From the IMG/VR virus record IMGVR_UViG_3300024303_000041: DNA of 64,000 nucleotides. One strand, written 5' to 3'. Of the stretch, positions 9,285 through 21,112 are shown one piece after another. Numbering within the stretch: the first letter of the stretch is position 1; every line of letters begins with the position of its first letter. The translations under genes were made by a program, and so were the position numbers. Below the pieces are notes generated by a model. The model did no database searches and was not told where the DNA came from. It was given only the letters and a program-made list of their open reading frames with translations. Source of the DNA: an uncultured virus (IMG/VR IMGVR_UViG_3300024303_000041). Lineage: Duplodnaviria > Heunggongvirae > Uroviricota > Caudoviricetes.

Positions 9285-12200
9285 TTGGCAAGTAGTTATG
9301 TAGGTGGCTCTGTTACTGCAAAAGTAGAGTTAGATAGTTCTAAATTTGATTCTGCATTGCAAAAATTAACTGAAAGAGTTAAAAATTTTCAAGCACAATT
9401 AAATAGCACCAATACAGATAGTTTAGCAACAAAAGTGGCAAATTTAGAAAATAAATTATCTGCAACAGACACCAAAGTTAATGATCTAACCAACAGAGTT
9501 AAAAATTTTAACACCACTCAAAAAGAATTAGGTAATAGTGTTAAAACTACTGCTTCTAATCTTGACATGTTTAACAAGAAGTTACAAGGTTCTAATAACG
9601 CTGGTAAAAACTTTGATAATGTAGCTAGGAAAGTAGAACGGGTTAATAGTGCAGTTAAAAAATCAGCTAATAGTTTCAATGTTACAAATGCTCAATTGAA
9701 AACTGCTGGGACAGCATTAAACATGTTTGAACAAAAGTTAAATGGAACCAATTCTGCTCTTAGCAAAACTAATTCTCAAACAAAGCAAAGTGCTGCTGGT
9801 TTTAAAACTATGGGTGGCTCAATGAATAGTGCTTCCAATAGTGTTAAATTACTCTCCAATAATCTTTACAAAATCAGAGGAGTATTATTATCTCTTAAAA
9901 TGATTTTCACCGCAATGGGTGGAATGGCATTATGGGGATTTGCCACCAACATTGCAGAAGGGGTAAAAGAAACATTTAAAGCTAAAAATGAAATGGAAGC
10001 TCAACTCCGGCAAAATGAAAAAGTAGGTGAAGGCGGTATCGCTTACTTTAACAATGCTCTTGATGACACTGTAAGCAAGTTTAAAAAGATTAACAAATAC
10101 AGTATCGGTGAAACTGTATCTGCAATAGGTTTAGAGTTTGATTTAAATGCTAAACAGATGGCAGAATCATTAGATGTTGTTTCAATGGTACAATCAGAAT
10201 ATGTTCGTGCCGGTCGTAAAGAAGAAGAAGCAGCATTAGCAGTTAAAGATATTCTGCAAGGTGAGTTCTCAAGATTATCCCGTGAAACCGGTGTAGGAAA
10301 AGAAGAACTACAATCTTACGGTTGGGACGGAGATAAAACTAATGTTGAAAGCTTAATGAAAGCACTCCGTAAAGCTGCTAAAGACAGGCACTGGGATTTA
10401 TTCGCAGCTAAAGCAACAAGTCTTAACGATGTAATGACTATACTTAAATCCCGTTTCAGTGAAACTGGAGCAGACATAATGCAATCTGCAACACCATTAA
10501 TCGTAGGAGCATTCAATGCAATTATCGGAGCTATTGATAAAATACAAGGAGCTTTCAATGGATTAAATAGTTTCTGGCAAAACTTCACAATACTAGGTGG
10601 GGGAGTAGGTGGTATCTTCGCTTTAGGTACTGCCTTACCTATGATTGCTAAAGGTTTTGGTCTTGTTGATATTGCAACTATCGGCTGGGGTAAATCATTA
10701 TTAACCACTGCTTTTAACTTAGATAAAACTGAAGTTGCTACTTATGGTTTCCGTAAAGCTTTAATGGGAGTTATTAGTGGTACTGATGCAGCTAGAGTAT
10801 CAGAAGTTGGTTTAGTTAAATCAATGGCGGCACGGATATTAGGTGTTAAACAATCTACATTGGCTGAAAACGGTTTATTAACTGCTATGGTGCAATCCAA
10901 AGCAGTGATGAAAGGAACTAATGAAACATTAGCAAAATTAGCTGGTAACTCCATGGGTACTGCACAAAAATTAGCATACTTAACAACAAATATGGATCTT
11001 ACAACTGCCAAATCAATTGGAACAGGTAAAGCATTGCTTAAAGTAGCAACATCTACTAAAATCTTAAAAATGGCTATATTAGGTTTAACTGCAATATCAT
11101 TAGTAAGTTGGTTAGCTGGAATTGCAGCATGGTGTGATACTGTTAAGAAAAATGTTGATGCTTTCAATGATGTTTCTGAAAACGGTAAATACATTCTTAA
11201 AGATGCTACTGATTCTGTTAATAGTTATGAAAAAGCATTAGGTGATTTAAAAGAAGGTACTGATGCTTATATTCGTACTAAAGCTAATTATGACCAAGCT
11301 TTAGCAAATCAAAAAGATATTAAACAAGCCATATCTTTAACTAAAGAATATAAAAAACAGAATAAACAAGCGGAAAAGGATATTAAATTATCTCATCAAC
11401 GTAATCTTAAAGATTCTTATATGCTTGCCGGTAAAGACTATAAAGAAGCTACTGAATTAGCAAGTAACTACACTGAAAAAGTTAAAGCAGGACAAGAAAG
11501 CATCGCAAGGTCATTAGATGTTTATAAAGATAGATTATACAAATCTTCTCAACATGTGAATGAACATGTAGCACAATTAAAAGAAGCAGGTGCTAGTGAA
11601 GAAGAAATGATTAAATATATTGATGAGTATAATCTTGAAGCGGAAAATGCAGCGGAGTTATGGAAGAAATTTAATCAAGGTGATATGGCAAGTGGAGCTT
11701 ATGCTATATTATCCGAATTAAAATTAGCATGGATAGATATAGCCCATCACCCTGAAGTAGTTACATTATTCCAAAAGTTAAACGAATATGCGGAATGGTT
11801 AAAACCGGCATTACATACAATTACTGAAGATTTAAAATGGCTAGCATTAAGAGGAGCCGACGCTCTTAATTGGTTATTATCATCTGATTGGGGTAAAACT
11901 GCATTATCCATTACTGGTGTAGGTATTGGTTTAGCAGCTATTGGTAAAAAAATCTATAATGTTTTAGGTGGTACAAAATCCACTATTGATATTCTTAAAA
12001 CATTAGGTGGAAAATTAAAAGACCGTATTAAAGATTGGAGAGATTTAGGTAAGGAAGCTGAAGATGCTAATACTAAAATGGGTGGTGGAAAAGGTAAAGA
12101 TTCTACTTCCACTGGCGGAATAAATGGTGATACACCGGATAAAGCTAAAGTTCCGTTTAAAGAAACATTAAAACAAGATGCTCAAAATTATGCAAGAGCA

Positions 12201-15200
12201 GCTATAGGTATTGCCGCTGCAATGGCACTTGTTACCGAAGCAATTCTATTATTAAATGCACCAATGGGAGCATTAGCCGCCACGGGTGTTGTTTTTAAAG
12301 CATTGGAACCTCATATCCGTAATGGTATTGAAGGATTAAAGTTAATCGCACCAACTATGGCAATATTCTTACCACCAGTTGTTGCGTTGATGTTGATAAT
12401 GGATAGGTTTGGTAAAGTTATCACTTGGGATAGAATGGGTGATGCTTTCTTGAAATCTGCTGCGGGAATTGCAATGGCTATTACTTTAGTTACCGAAGCA
12501 ATCTTATTATTAGTCGCACCAATCACTGCATTAGCAGGTCTTGGTGCAGTTTACGGAGCATTCCAAACTAACGTCCAACAAGGTATCGCAGCAATTAAAG
12601 CAACTAATGACGCATTATATGCTCTCATACCATGGGTTCCAGTATTCGCAGCAGGAATTGCATTAGCAGCAATCACTATCGGTACTGAAGGTATTGGCGG
12701 AATTGCTATTGTTGCAGCCGCAGCGGGAATTGCCCTAGGAATAGGTTTAGTTACTGAAGCTATTCTTATGTTAAATCTTCCTTTAGGAGCGATTGCAAGT
12801 ATTGGTTCTCAGTACACCGACCTTGAAGGTGTTAAACGTGGTGCCGAAGCATTGAAAGTTACTGCCGAAGCATTAGGTTATGTGGAACAAGGTATGCACA
12901 GTTTAACATTGGTTAGATGGGAACTCTTGGCAGATTATGTTGCTCAATTGATTGGTAAAACATTAAACATTGATTTAGGTAGTTTAACTGGTGAAGGCGG
13001 GGTATTCAAACAATTAGAAAAATTTGCACAAGACTTCGCACAAGTAAACATTACACCAATCGATACCGCTAAAGCAGAAACATTGAAAACAGTTGCTGCT
13101 AACATTGACACTGTAAGCGAAGCATTAAAAACAGTAAAAGATGCTGCTGCAAAACTACCAAAATTCGGTCAAGACGTGAGTAACAACTTTGGTAATGGTC
13201 TTGGGGATACAGCATTACAAGGTGTTGAAGGGGAAACAACTGACACTGCCAGTTTCTTTGAACAAATCAAAAAACCAATAGAAGATTTAAACACATTCGT
13301 AACAGAATTTAACAACATGCCAGTTACACCACCAGATACTGCGAAAGTAGATGCAATCAATCAAGCATCATCAATGATTACACAAGTCAAATCAGCAGTA
13401 GATAATTTGAATGCTACTCTTGGCGGAGCAGTCGATGCTGGTTGGAATGCTAACATGGCAAGTGGAGGTATTGGTGCAGCGGTTAGTGGTTTTGTCTTTG
13501 GTTTAGGTGGCGGAACTGGAGAGTACAGTTCAAGTCTAGGCACAAGTCTTACACAAATGTACAATGCTATAAAAGACATTATGACATTCACACAAAAAGT
13601 TAATGCTTTAACTGGTGGTGGTGAAGGTGGTAATGCAAGTGTTACTTCTGCTGTTGATATGGTTACTGCTGTTGATAATGCTATTCAAAATTTGCAGAAT
13701 ACTTTGTCTACTGCTGCTCCGAATGTGAAGGAATCTGCCAAAGCTATTGGTACTGGAATCAAAGATGGTGTTAAAGAGGGCATGAATGGAATGTCCGAAG
13801 GAGTTATACAGCAAGTTACTACTGCTCTTAATGCTGCTAAACCTTATGCGTCCACTTATGGGAAAGGTGTTGGTGGTTCTGGTAAGTCTGGTTTCCAATC
13901 CGAATTTAAGATTAAAGATGCGGTTTCTGCGGAATTAGGTTATGCTCTTGAAGAGATGGAAGGTAAAAAGCAAGAGTTTTATGATAAAGGTTACGCATTG
14001 GGTAAATCATCTGCTGATGGATTTAAAGCAGGTGCGGATACTCATTCACCGGGTATTATTGCACGAACTATGTTTGCTGAATTGGGTTATGTTAGTGATG
14101 CTCTTGATGGGGCTATTGCAACTATGCCAAATCAAACATATTCATTGGCTCAAACAATGGCTTCCAATTTCAACCCATCATTAGATATAGGTGGGATTTC
14201 AGTAGATGAACTTTCACAATTCCAAACTGGATTAGATACTGTTACATCTATGGCAACTAACACTGATTTACAAACTTCAGCGGCATTCATGAACATGAAC
14301 ATGAATGTAACTTCAAGTATGACTGGAATGACAACAACCGTTAATGGAGCGTTTAATGGTATACAACAAAACACTACAACAAGGTATGGTCAATTAGTGA
14401 ACACTACTCGTGTTAGTTTAAATAGTATGCAATCTCAGACTACTAGGAATATTAATGCGATTAAGACTAGTTGGAGAAGTATGCAAAACGCATTAATAGC
14501 ATCAGCAGAAAACATTAGGAACGAAACAAGTTCTAAAATACATACACTTGAGTCTAATATGGCTTCATTTTGGAATAAAGTTCAAAACCCCGCATTACTA
14601 CTTGCAAGTGGAAGCCCTACTGCAAACAGTACAAAACCCATGTTCCGTAAAAAGTTGATGGCAGGTTCACCATCAAGTAAAGGAACAATACCAAGGAAAA
14701 GAAAAGCCGCTGGAACATCAGTTCCAAAACCAAAAACAACAAATAATGCAAGATTAACTTCAAAAGAGTTTTCATTTAGAGATGCTATTTCAGAATATTT
14801 ATTCTGTTTGTTGAATGGTGGGGTTTGTGCAGCTGGAGGTTGGAATTTTAATTGGAGTCCAGACATTAAACAAGCACTGTTAAAATGGCATACTCACTTC
14901 GGAGATATTTATGATGATGTTCTCACAGTAGGTAAGTTTGAAAATGATGATTTCCCAGTCAGAGGCAATGCTACTATTGCTAAACGATATATTGGTGAAA
15001 AAATCGCAAGTACCGATTATGAGTTTTACTGGAATGATAGATATGATCCGATTACTGCATGGAATAGAGGTGCTTTTAATTGTGTTGATGGGGCTAGGTT
15101 AGCTATTGCTCTTGCTGATAAATTTGGTTTTGGTGGGGGTTATGTTGGTTATGGTTCTTGGGCTGGTACTGGTCATGGTTTTGCTGTTATTCCAGGTCTT

Positions 15201-15473
15201 GGTGTGATTGATGCTACTGCTTTGCAGAATAATTATGGTTTTACTTCTCCGAAGGTTAGTGGGTATCCTAGTGCAGGTAGTAGAGGTACTATTTCACGTA
15301 ATAGACCTACTACTCCTAAAGGAAGTATGGGTGATACTCATAATTATGGTGATGTGAATCTCACAATTAATGTTTATGGTAATGATGTCAAAGTAAATGA
15401 TACTACAGTTGAAAAATCAACTGCAAAACAGATTATTGACTTGTTAGGAATTAATCCGTCCACAGGTCAATAA
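9285..15473 (+). CDS. Tape measure protein with C-terminal transglutaminase-like (PeiW/PeiP-type) peptidase domain
   Basis: 2062 aa, Ala/Gly-rich helical repeats (LVTEAILLL-type x3); C-terminal FNCVD...GHGF...IDAT Cys-His-Asp triad. Confidence 0.9.
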   Translation: MASSYVGGSVTAKVELDSSKFDSALQKLTERVKNFQAQLNSTNTDSLATKVANLENKLSATDTKVNDLTNRVKNFNTTQKELGNSVKTTASNLDMFNKKLQGSNNAGKNFDNVARKVERVNSAVKKSANSFNVTNAQLKTAGTALNMFEQKLNGTNSALSKTNSQTKQSAAGFKTMGGSMNSASNSVKLLSNNLYKIRGVLLSLKMIFTAMGGMALWGFATNIAEGVKETFKAKNEMEAQLRQNEKVGEGGIAYFNNALDDTVSKFKKINKYSIGETVSAIGLEFDLNAKQMAESLDVVSMVQSEYVRAGRKEEEAALAVKDILQGEFSRLSRETGVGKEELQSYGWDGDKTNVESLMKALRKAAKDRHWDLFAAKATSLNDVMTILKSRFSETGADIMQSATPLIVGAFNAIIGAIDKIQGAFNGLNSFWQNFTILGGGVGGIFALGTALPMIAKGFGLVDIATIGWGKSLLTTAFNLDKTEVATYGFRKALMGVISGTDAARVSEVGLVKSMAARILGVKQSTLAENGLLTAMVQSKAVMKGTNETLAKLAGNSMGTAQKLAYLTTNMDLTTAKSIGTGKALLKVATSTKILKMAILGLTAISLVSWLAGIAAWCDTVKKNVDAFNDVSENGKYILKDATDSVNSYEKALGDLKEGTDAYIRTKANYDQALANQKDIKQAISLTKEYKKQNKQAEKDIKLSHQRNLKDSYMLAGKDYKEATELASNYTEKVKAGQESIARSLDVYKDRLYKSSQHVNEHVAQLKEAGASEEEMIKYIDEYNLEAENAAELWKKFNQGDMASGAYAILSELKLAWIDIAHHPEVVTLFQKLNEYAEWLKPALHTITEDLKWLALRGADALNWLLSSDWGKTALSITGVGIGLAAIGKKIYNVLGGTKSTIDILKTLGGKLKDRIKDWRDLGKEAEDANTKMGGGKGKDSTSTGGINGDTPDKAKVPFKETLKQDAQNYARAAIGIAAAMALVTEAILLLNAPMGALAATGVVFKALEPHIRNGIEGLKLIAPTMAIFLPPVVALMLIMDRFGKVITWDRMGDAFLKSAAGIAMAITLVTEAILLLVAPITALAGLGAVYGAFQTNVQQGIAAIKATNDALYALIPWVPVFAAGIALAAITIGTEGIGGIAIVAAAAGIALGIGLVTEAILMLNLPLGAIASIGSQYTDLEGVKRGAEALKVTAEALGYVEQGMHSLTLVRWELLADYVAQLIGKTLNIDLGSLTGEGGVFKQLEKFAQDFAQVNITPIDTAKAETLKTVAANIDTVSEALKTVKDAAAKLPKFGQDVSNNFGNGLGDTALQGVEGETTDTASFFEQIKKPIEDLNTFVTEFNNMPVTPPDTAKVDAINQASSMITQVKSAVDNLNATLGGAVDAGWNANMASGGIGAAVSGFVFGLGGGTGEYSSSLGTSLTQMYNAIKDIMTFTQKVNALTGGGEGGNASVTSAVDMVTAVDNAIQNLQNTLSTAAPNVKESAKAIGTGIKDGVKEGMNGMSEGVIQQVTTALNAAKPYASTYGKGVGGSGKSGFQSEFKIKDAVSAELGYALEEMEGKKQEFYDKGYALGKSSADGFKAGADTHSPGIIARTMFAELGYVSDALDGAIATMPNQTYSLAQTMASNFNPSLDIGGISVDELSQFQTGLDTVTSMATNTDLQTSAAFMNMNMNVTSSMTGMTTTVNGAFNGIQQNTTTRYGQLVNTTRVSLNSMQSQTTRNINAIKTSWRSMQNALIASAENIRNETSSKIHTLESNMASFWNKVQNPALLLASGSPTANSTKPMFRKKLMAGSPSSKGTIPRKRKAAGTSVPKPKTTNNARLTSKEFSFRDAISEYLFCLLNGGVCAAGGWNFNWSPDIKQALLKWHTHFGDIYDDVLTVGKFENDDFPVRGNATIAKRYIGEKIASTDYEFYWNDRYDPITAWNRGAFNCVDGARLAIALADKFGFGGGYVGYGSWAGTGHGFAVIPGLGVIDATALQNNYGFTSPKVSGYPSAGSRGTISRNRPTTPKGSMGDTHNYGDVNLTINVYGNDVKVNDTTVEKSTAKQIIDLLGINPSTGQ

Positions 15474-15508
15474 TCCCAAATTTTTTTTTTAAAGGAGGAT
15501 TCAGTAAT

Positions 15509-15988
15509 ATGGCTGATGAAGTAAGTGTTAATTATAGTTTTACAAAAGTTGATAACTTTCACGAAATTTTAATCGATAGAGAAGAAATAACAACTGCATT
15601 ATTTGATGGTGTTACAAAAAATTTCCGTATTGTTCTAGTGGAAGCTTGTCCGGGTAATATTTCTGAATGTTTGAATGAAGATGGCACTTTAAATGATGAT
15701 GTAGTGAGTTATATTTATGGTGAAGAACCTACTGATGGTCAATGTGCTTTATTATGGAATATTGGTGCAAATTCCAATCGTACAATTACTGTTAGTGATG
15801 CTAATGTGAATTATACATTAGGTGATAAGTCTTATATGTTGAAAGGTGCATTTCTTGTTGTTGAACAGTCAGGGATTGTTTTAGCATATTCTATTAACAA
15901 TGGGGTAATGCCAATTACTAAATCGTTTAATGCACCAGTTAATGGTTTAGTATGGTCAATTATAAACAAGTTGGATAACGGGGCATAA
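15509..15988 (+). CDS. Tail-tip region protein
   Basis: ORF with GGAGG RBS directly after tape measure gene. Confidence 0.5.
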   Translation: MADEVSVNYSFTKVDNFHEILIDREEITTALFDGVTKNFRIVLVEACPGNISECLNEDGTLNDDVVSYIYGEEPTDGQCALLWNIGANSNRTITVSDANVNYTLGDKSYMLKGAFLVVEQSGIVLAYSINNGVMPITKSFNAPVNGLVWSIINKLDNGA

Positions 15989-15990
15989 GT

Positions 15991-18900
15991 ATGGTTGAGT
16001 CTGAAATAATTTATACAAAATCCGGAGAGTATAGATACTCTGAAACTTTTAATCATCAAGTTAATCCTAATTTAACTAGAAAGTATAATAAATGGGAGAA
16101 TTTAGTTAATGCTGTTGGTAATGAAGGTAAATTATGGTCTAAAGCACCGTATACTCGTAAGAAAGTAACTAAAACAGTTAATGGTAAAAAAACATCTCAT
16201 TATGAATATACTACTCCTTGGACTTGTACTGCTCACGATTTCAGACTCGCAATTCCAGCAAGAGCATATGTGAAAAAAGTAACTGTTGAAATGCGAATGA
16301 AATGTAGTGAAGGATTAGAAGTTAAAGCACCGTCCGCATGGTTTATGGTGTATAACCAACAAGGAAAAGTTACTCAGCAAACCAAAGCCGGTAAAACTGG
16401 TTGGTATAATCTTAATTATCGTGTTTATCCAAATAAAAAATTAACTTCCACTGCAAAAACTTATGAGTACGTATTCCCAGAATCCGAATGGAAAAAAGCA
16501 AAGTATCCAACTAACCAATTAAATAAAACAGTTATGGGAGTAGATATTCATTTTGAAGAACCTACTAAAATGACTAAAGATACTCAATACATTGCGATTA
16601 ATTGGATTCGTATCAAAGTAGATTATACTCTTGAAGATCCGTATTTAATATGTAGTGAAAATTTTAGTGATGAGTCCGAACCTTATCCTGTTGATGTGGG
16701 AAATCAGTTTAAACTTAATTATGAGTTTGGTAATCGGACTTGTGTTAATGCGGGTTATAAAGAGATTCCTATTCAATTGCCTTTGGGTGTGTCGTTGGTG
16801 GATTATGGTAAAGTAGGCGACCCTACGGATTTTTATCCAGCTAGTGAAACATCTGAGGGTAGTGGAGATTATATTTGGAAGGTTAATTGTAAGTGTAATG
16901 CTAAATCAACTTTAATGCTCACCCTTCAAGCAGATACATTGGGTTCTAAAGTAACTACAGGGCTTCTTGATGAAATTCCAACTTATGCTTATGCTTATTC
17001 TAATGGTAGGAGCATGGACTTTGGAACAGAGTATATTACTAGTGGTGTAGTTCAAAAGGGACAAATTTCATGTTTTCAGTTTGTTGTGAATGCTTATAGT
17101 CAAGATGGAACTATCACTTATCAGGTTGATGTAGATGGTGAGAACCAATCTGACCCTAATGATTTGTCTGAAGTGTTTAGGGAAGCTTATCATAATCTTA
17201 ATGGTCAGGGTAATAATCTTGTTAGTTGGTCTATTGATGAGTTTGATTATGATGGTTTTCATGATTCTTTTGATGCTCCGATTGTTACTATTGATGAAGA
17301 TTTTACTAATAATAATCAGATTACATTTAATATTCCGGAAGATAAGTCCGTGCAAATTAAGTTTACCGGTTGCTTTATACCAGTTACTGTTGGGGAAAAT
17401 ACATTATATTTAACTAATAATGATACTGGTAATATAGAATCATATCAATATGTATCACATGAGGCAAAAACAACTGTTATGAACATTATACCAGTTGAAG
17501 AAATATGGTATGACCATTGGATTACAACACAAATGGAAACTGGAGCATTCATAATCCCATTCGTTACCAAAGCATCTGATAAGCTTATGGTTTGTGGGGA
17601 ATCCACTATGACTATGAAAATAGAAAAACCACAAGCATATATTGGGTGTGTTAGATTACCTAGAAGTCATTACGAACCTTCCAGTGATTTTAGTAATGAT
17701 ATAATTAAAAAACAGTATAAAAATAAGAAATATACTGGTAAATCCGGAGAGATTGATGAGGACATTGATTTTAAAATTAAGTTACCTCCTCGTGAATGGT
17801 CTACTTTACAAGGTTTATGTGAATTGGATAAGCCAGTTCCAGTTAATGCAGTCCCTACTGCCTTTGAAGGTGATGTATTAAACCATAGGGGTTGGGTTGA
17901 ACTTGGAGCAGTTAAAAATGTTAAAAAAACCAATCCATTATATTATAGTGGTGAATTAGAACTAGAATACTTAACCCATAACATTAATACAAGATTCCAA
18001 CTTGTTAAAGGAGTTGCAGTCAGCAAATACAACCCATCATTACTAGGAACATTATTAGATTATGTAATTGAAAGTGGTGATGAATTTGTAGATTATTCAC
18101 ACATCGACCCCGAAACTGGATTACAAGTGCCTAACGAAACCGGTTACTTTAATCTTGATACTGATGGGGTGTATATTTACGATGATGATGAGGAAACTGA
18201 AAATAATAAAAGAACTCTCATCACAATGGATAATAATCAGAAAATCATAATGAAAACTATTGATTCATTGAAAGAGAATACTAGAATTAATTTTGAATGG
18301 TTTTCATCAAAAATCGATGAAGATAGGGAAAATAATGTAACAAGAATAGTTCGTATCCGTGATAAATCCAATGATATTATACTTGAATACGAATACTATG
18401 ATTATTTCTTTGATTATGACGATGAATTATACAGTTGTAGTGTAAAATGTACAAAACTAGATAAATCAACTAACCAAATGGATACTGTAATCGAAGAAGA
18501 TGATTTGAACTTTGCAGTAGATTTAGAAGCATTGAATTTGAAAGTTGATGAGTTTGGTAATATTGTTCAAGAAGAAGAACCTGAAGATGAAGAAGAACCT
18601 GAAGAAACCGAACCAACTTATATTGACCCAGTTACTGGAGAAGTAGTGGAAATAGTTCAAGATGCTGAAGTTTACAATGATTATATGTACGGTTCTACAT
18701 TAACACTTGAATTAGCAGGTAATATTCTATCTATCAATGATAGTGGTTTCAATGGAAGAGAAGTGCATGAGGAAGGTATTGAATTAGAAAAAGGCGAATA
18801 TTACCTTGAAGTAGAGTTTATGAACAATAACATTGATAGTGATACTCCTGACGTTTACCATTTCTTTGATTTTGAAATCGAAGAACCAATAATCTTAACT

Positions 18901-19978
18901 GATTTCGATGATATGTACGCTAGTTTAATTGTTTCATCATATCCATTAATGAATAAAGTTTTTGCTTTCATGAGAGAATCTGAAGAGGGAACTCTCTATT
19001 ATTACCATTATGACGGTACACCTTACACCTATATACAAGAACCTTACTACATGTATGCACGTGGTGTTGATTTAGTAGCTGAGGGTCATAGTATATTTAA
19101 TCTTAATAACAGTTACACTACTTTCTACGTTCAAAATGGATTGGTGAGAATTGGTTTCAACCGATTAACTGGTGCAATATACTTAGCCAAATATGACTTA
19201 ATGGCAAGAGAATATATTAATGTTGCATCATTCTATGTTAAAGATCATACTGACTTTAATATTGGAGCATATTCTGATGATAAAATTGAAGTGTTGGTTA
19301 GTAAAACTGTATTCACTGTGTATCGGGGACACCCGTATGTAGTGGTAAAACATAAAAACGATAATATATATTTCACTACTAGTTGGAATAAAGTATTTGC
19401 GGATTCTGTTAATGATGTTAGTGATGATTATCCGGTTTTGTGGGATTTGTTGAATCATGAAAATTTATTATCTGAATGTGTTGGTGGTATAAATCTTAAG
19501 GCATCATGTTTGGATATATCTTCGGTGGATAATGATGATATTGGAACATTCCCTAATCTTGTTTTAACTCAAGTAACACAAGAACCTATTTATGATAGGG
19601 ATAATGTATTTTTCAGTGTTGATGGGTCTGTTACCGATGTTGATGAGGAAATTCCTATGGACGGGGTTTATAATGGTGCATTTGGAGAGTATTCTGTTGA
19701 ATGTGTAGTTGATAATAAAACTCCTAAAAGTATTACTTTATCTGGTGATTCAAAAATCATTCAAACTGGTGATACTGATGTTTTACGGGCTAAAGTTACT
19801 GATTATGAGTTTAAAGGTGTTCCTAATAGTGTAGTGTATTTCTNNNNNNNNNNNNNNNNNNNNNNNNNNNNNNNNNNNNNNNNNNNNNNNNNNNNNNNNN
19901 NNNNNNNNNNNNNNNNNNNNNNNNNNNNNNNNNNNNNNNNNNNGTGTAGTGTATTTCTATCAGGTGATTGATGAATGA
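15991..19978 (+). CDS. Large multidomain tail/baseplate protein with Ig-like domains; ends ...SVVYFYQVIDE* if the N gap is a simple overlap
   Basis: ~1300 aa beta-rich; 15-nt duplicate on both sides of the 100-N gap. Confidence 0.65.
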
Positions 19979-20004
19979 CTAATGATTTGAGGTAATGGGT
20001 TAAA

Positions 20005-20253
20005 ATGAAGAGTAATAATAAGTATTTGCAAGAGATTAATAGGAATTTTGGTGGTGTTATGGAGATTAATAAGACCAATAACCATTATTTGAGGGAGATT
20101 GCTAAGAATACGGGTAGTGTTGATATTGCTAGTCATCATTCAGATAATTATTATTTGAAGAGGATTGCTTTGAATACTGCTGATATGGATATTAAGGAGC
20201 TTTTGCAGACTATTGCTGAGTTGCGTGAGGAAGTTAGTGATTTGGAAGGGTAG
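20005..20253 (+). CDS. Small protein with three NxYLxxIxxN repeats and a coiled coil
   Basis: SNNKYLQEINRN / TNNHYLREIAKN / SDNYYLKRIALN. Confidence 0.65.
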   Translation: MKSNNKYLQEINRNFGGVMEINKTNNHYLREIAKNTGSVDIASHHSDNYYLKRIALNTADMDIKELLQTIAELREEVSDLEG

Positions 20254-21093
20254 TTGGCTAATGATATTCATCTCTTCAGTTGTTGTAGAGATGTTACTCA
20301 AATTGGTGAATCATTAGGATTGTTTGCTTATTGTAAGCATGATGGTGAAGTTGAGGGCAATACAGTATATTTTTATGCCGTAGATGATACCCCAATCCCA
20401 TCTACAATAACTATTACAAGCGATAAGACAGTATTATCTTATAGCGATAGTGATAAAGCAACATTAACTATTACAATATTAGATGAAGATGATAATCCAG
20501 TACAATCTCAAAATGTTGTAATTAAGAATGGTTTAACAGTATTGGATACTGTACAGACTGGTAGTGATGGAACAGTAGAATATGAATACTCTGCACAAGG
20601 ATTAGGTGATGTTACATTAACTATTGAATGTGGGGAAGTGTCTGAAACAATTACTATTGAAGATTGTTTATATTACCACCCAAATGCTATTACTGATAAT
20701 CAAGAATTGTCTATTTCAAATTTCCCAACAAACTTTAAAGTAACATATACATCATTATGGTTTAAAACAGGCGATAACAAAAAATGTTGTTTGGAAATTG
20801 GTGAAGATGCCAATAATAATATGTTCTTTGGGGCATTGGGAGATAGTACCAGTAGTGGGGGCATATATAAGAGAATCAATGGAACAATGAGAGTCATTGA
20901 TGAAAGATGTGGAATTAATCCATCAAATATTTATGTGAATCATGAATTTAGATACTCTGATGGAGAAGTGTATTACAAAGGTGGATATGCTAATCCCAAT
21001 ACTGGAACTTATGAATATACTATTCGTGATTATATTTCAACCAATATTGGAACTGGTTCACAAATGACTGAATTAAAAATTAAACCATTATAG
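20254..21093 (+). CDS. Adhesin-like tail protein (Ig-like domain plus distinct C-terminal beta domain)
   Basis: Big_1-like segment (TITITSDK...QTGSDGTVEY), SETITIEDC junction. Confidence 0.7.
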   Translation: MANDIHLFSCCRDVTQIGESLGLFAYCKHDGEVEGNTVYFYAVDDTPIPSTITITSDKTVLSYSDSDKATLTITILDEDDNPVQSQNVVIKNGLTVLDTVQTGSDGTVEYEYSAQGLGDVTLTIECGEVSETITIEDCLYYHPNAITDNQELSISNFPTNFKVTYTSLWFKTGDNKKCCLEIGEDANNNMFFGALGDSTSSGGIYKRINGTMRVIDERCGINPSNIYVNHEFRYSDGEVYYKGGYANPNTGTYEYTIRDYISTNIGTGSQMTELKIKPL

Positions 21094-21112
21094 ATTAAAA
21101 GGAGAGATAATA

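Noticed and set aside
10316..14866. Many antisense ORFs inside the tape-measure gene and other long genes
   Set aside because: Shadow ORFs from codon bias, without RBS or motifs
19944..19971. ORF-track C-terminus CSVFLSGD (and KR at 21715)
   Set aside because: Frame artefacts of the arbitrary 100-N gap length; merging overlaps gives ...VYFYQVIDE* and ...FVKDK*
20251..20253. Pyrrolysine or genome-wide amber recoding
   Set aside because: TAG acts as a normal stop elsewhere (e.g. 8623, 32800), no pyl genes or suppressor tRNA; the tRNA anticodon is CCA
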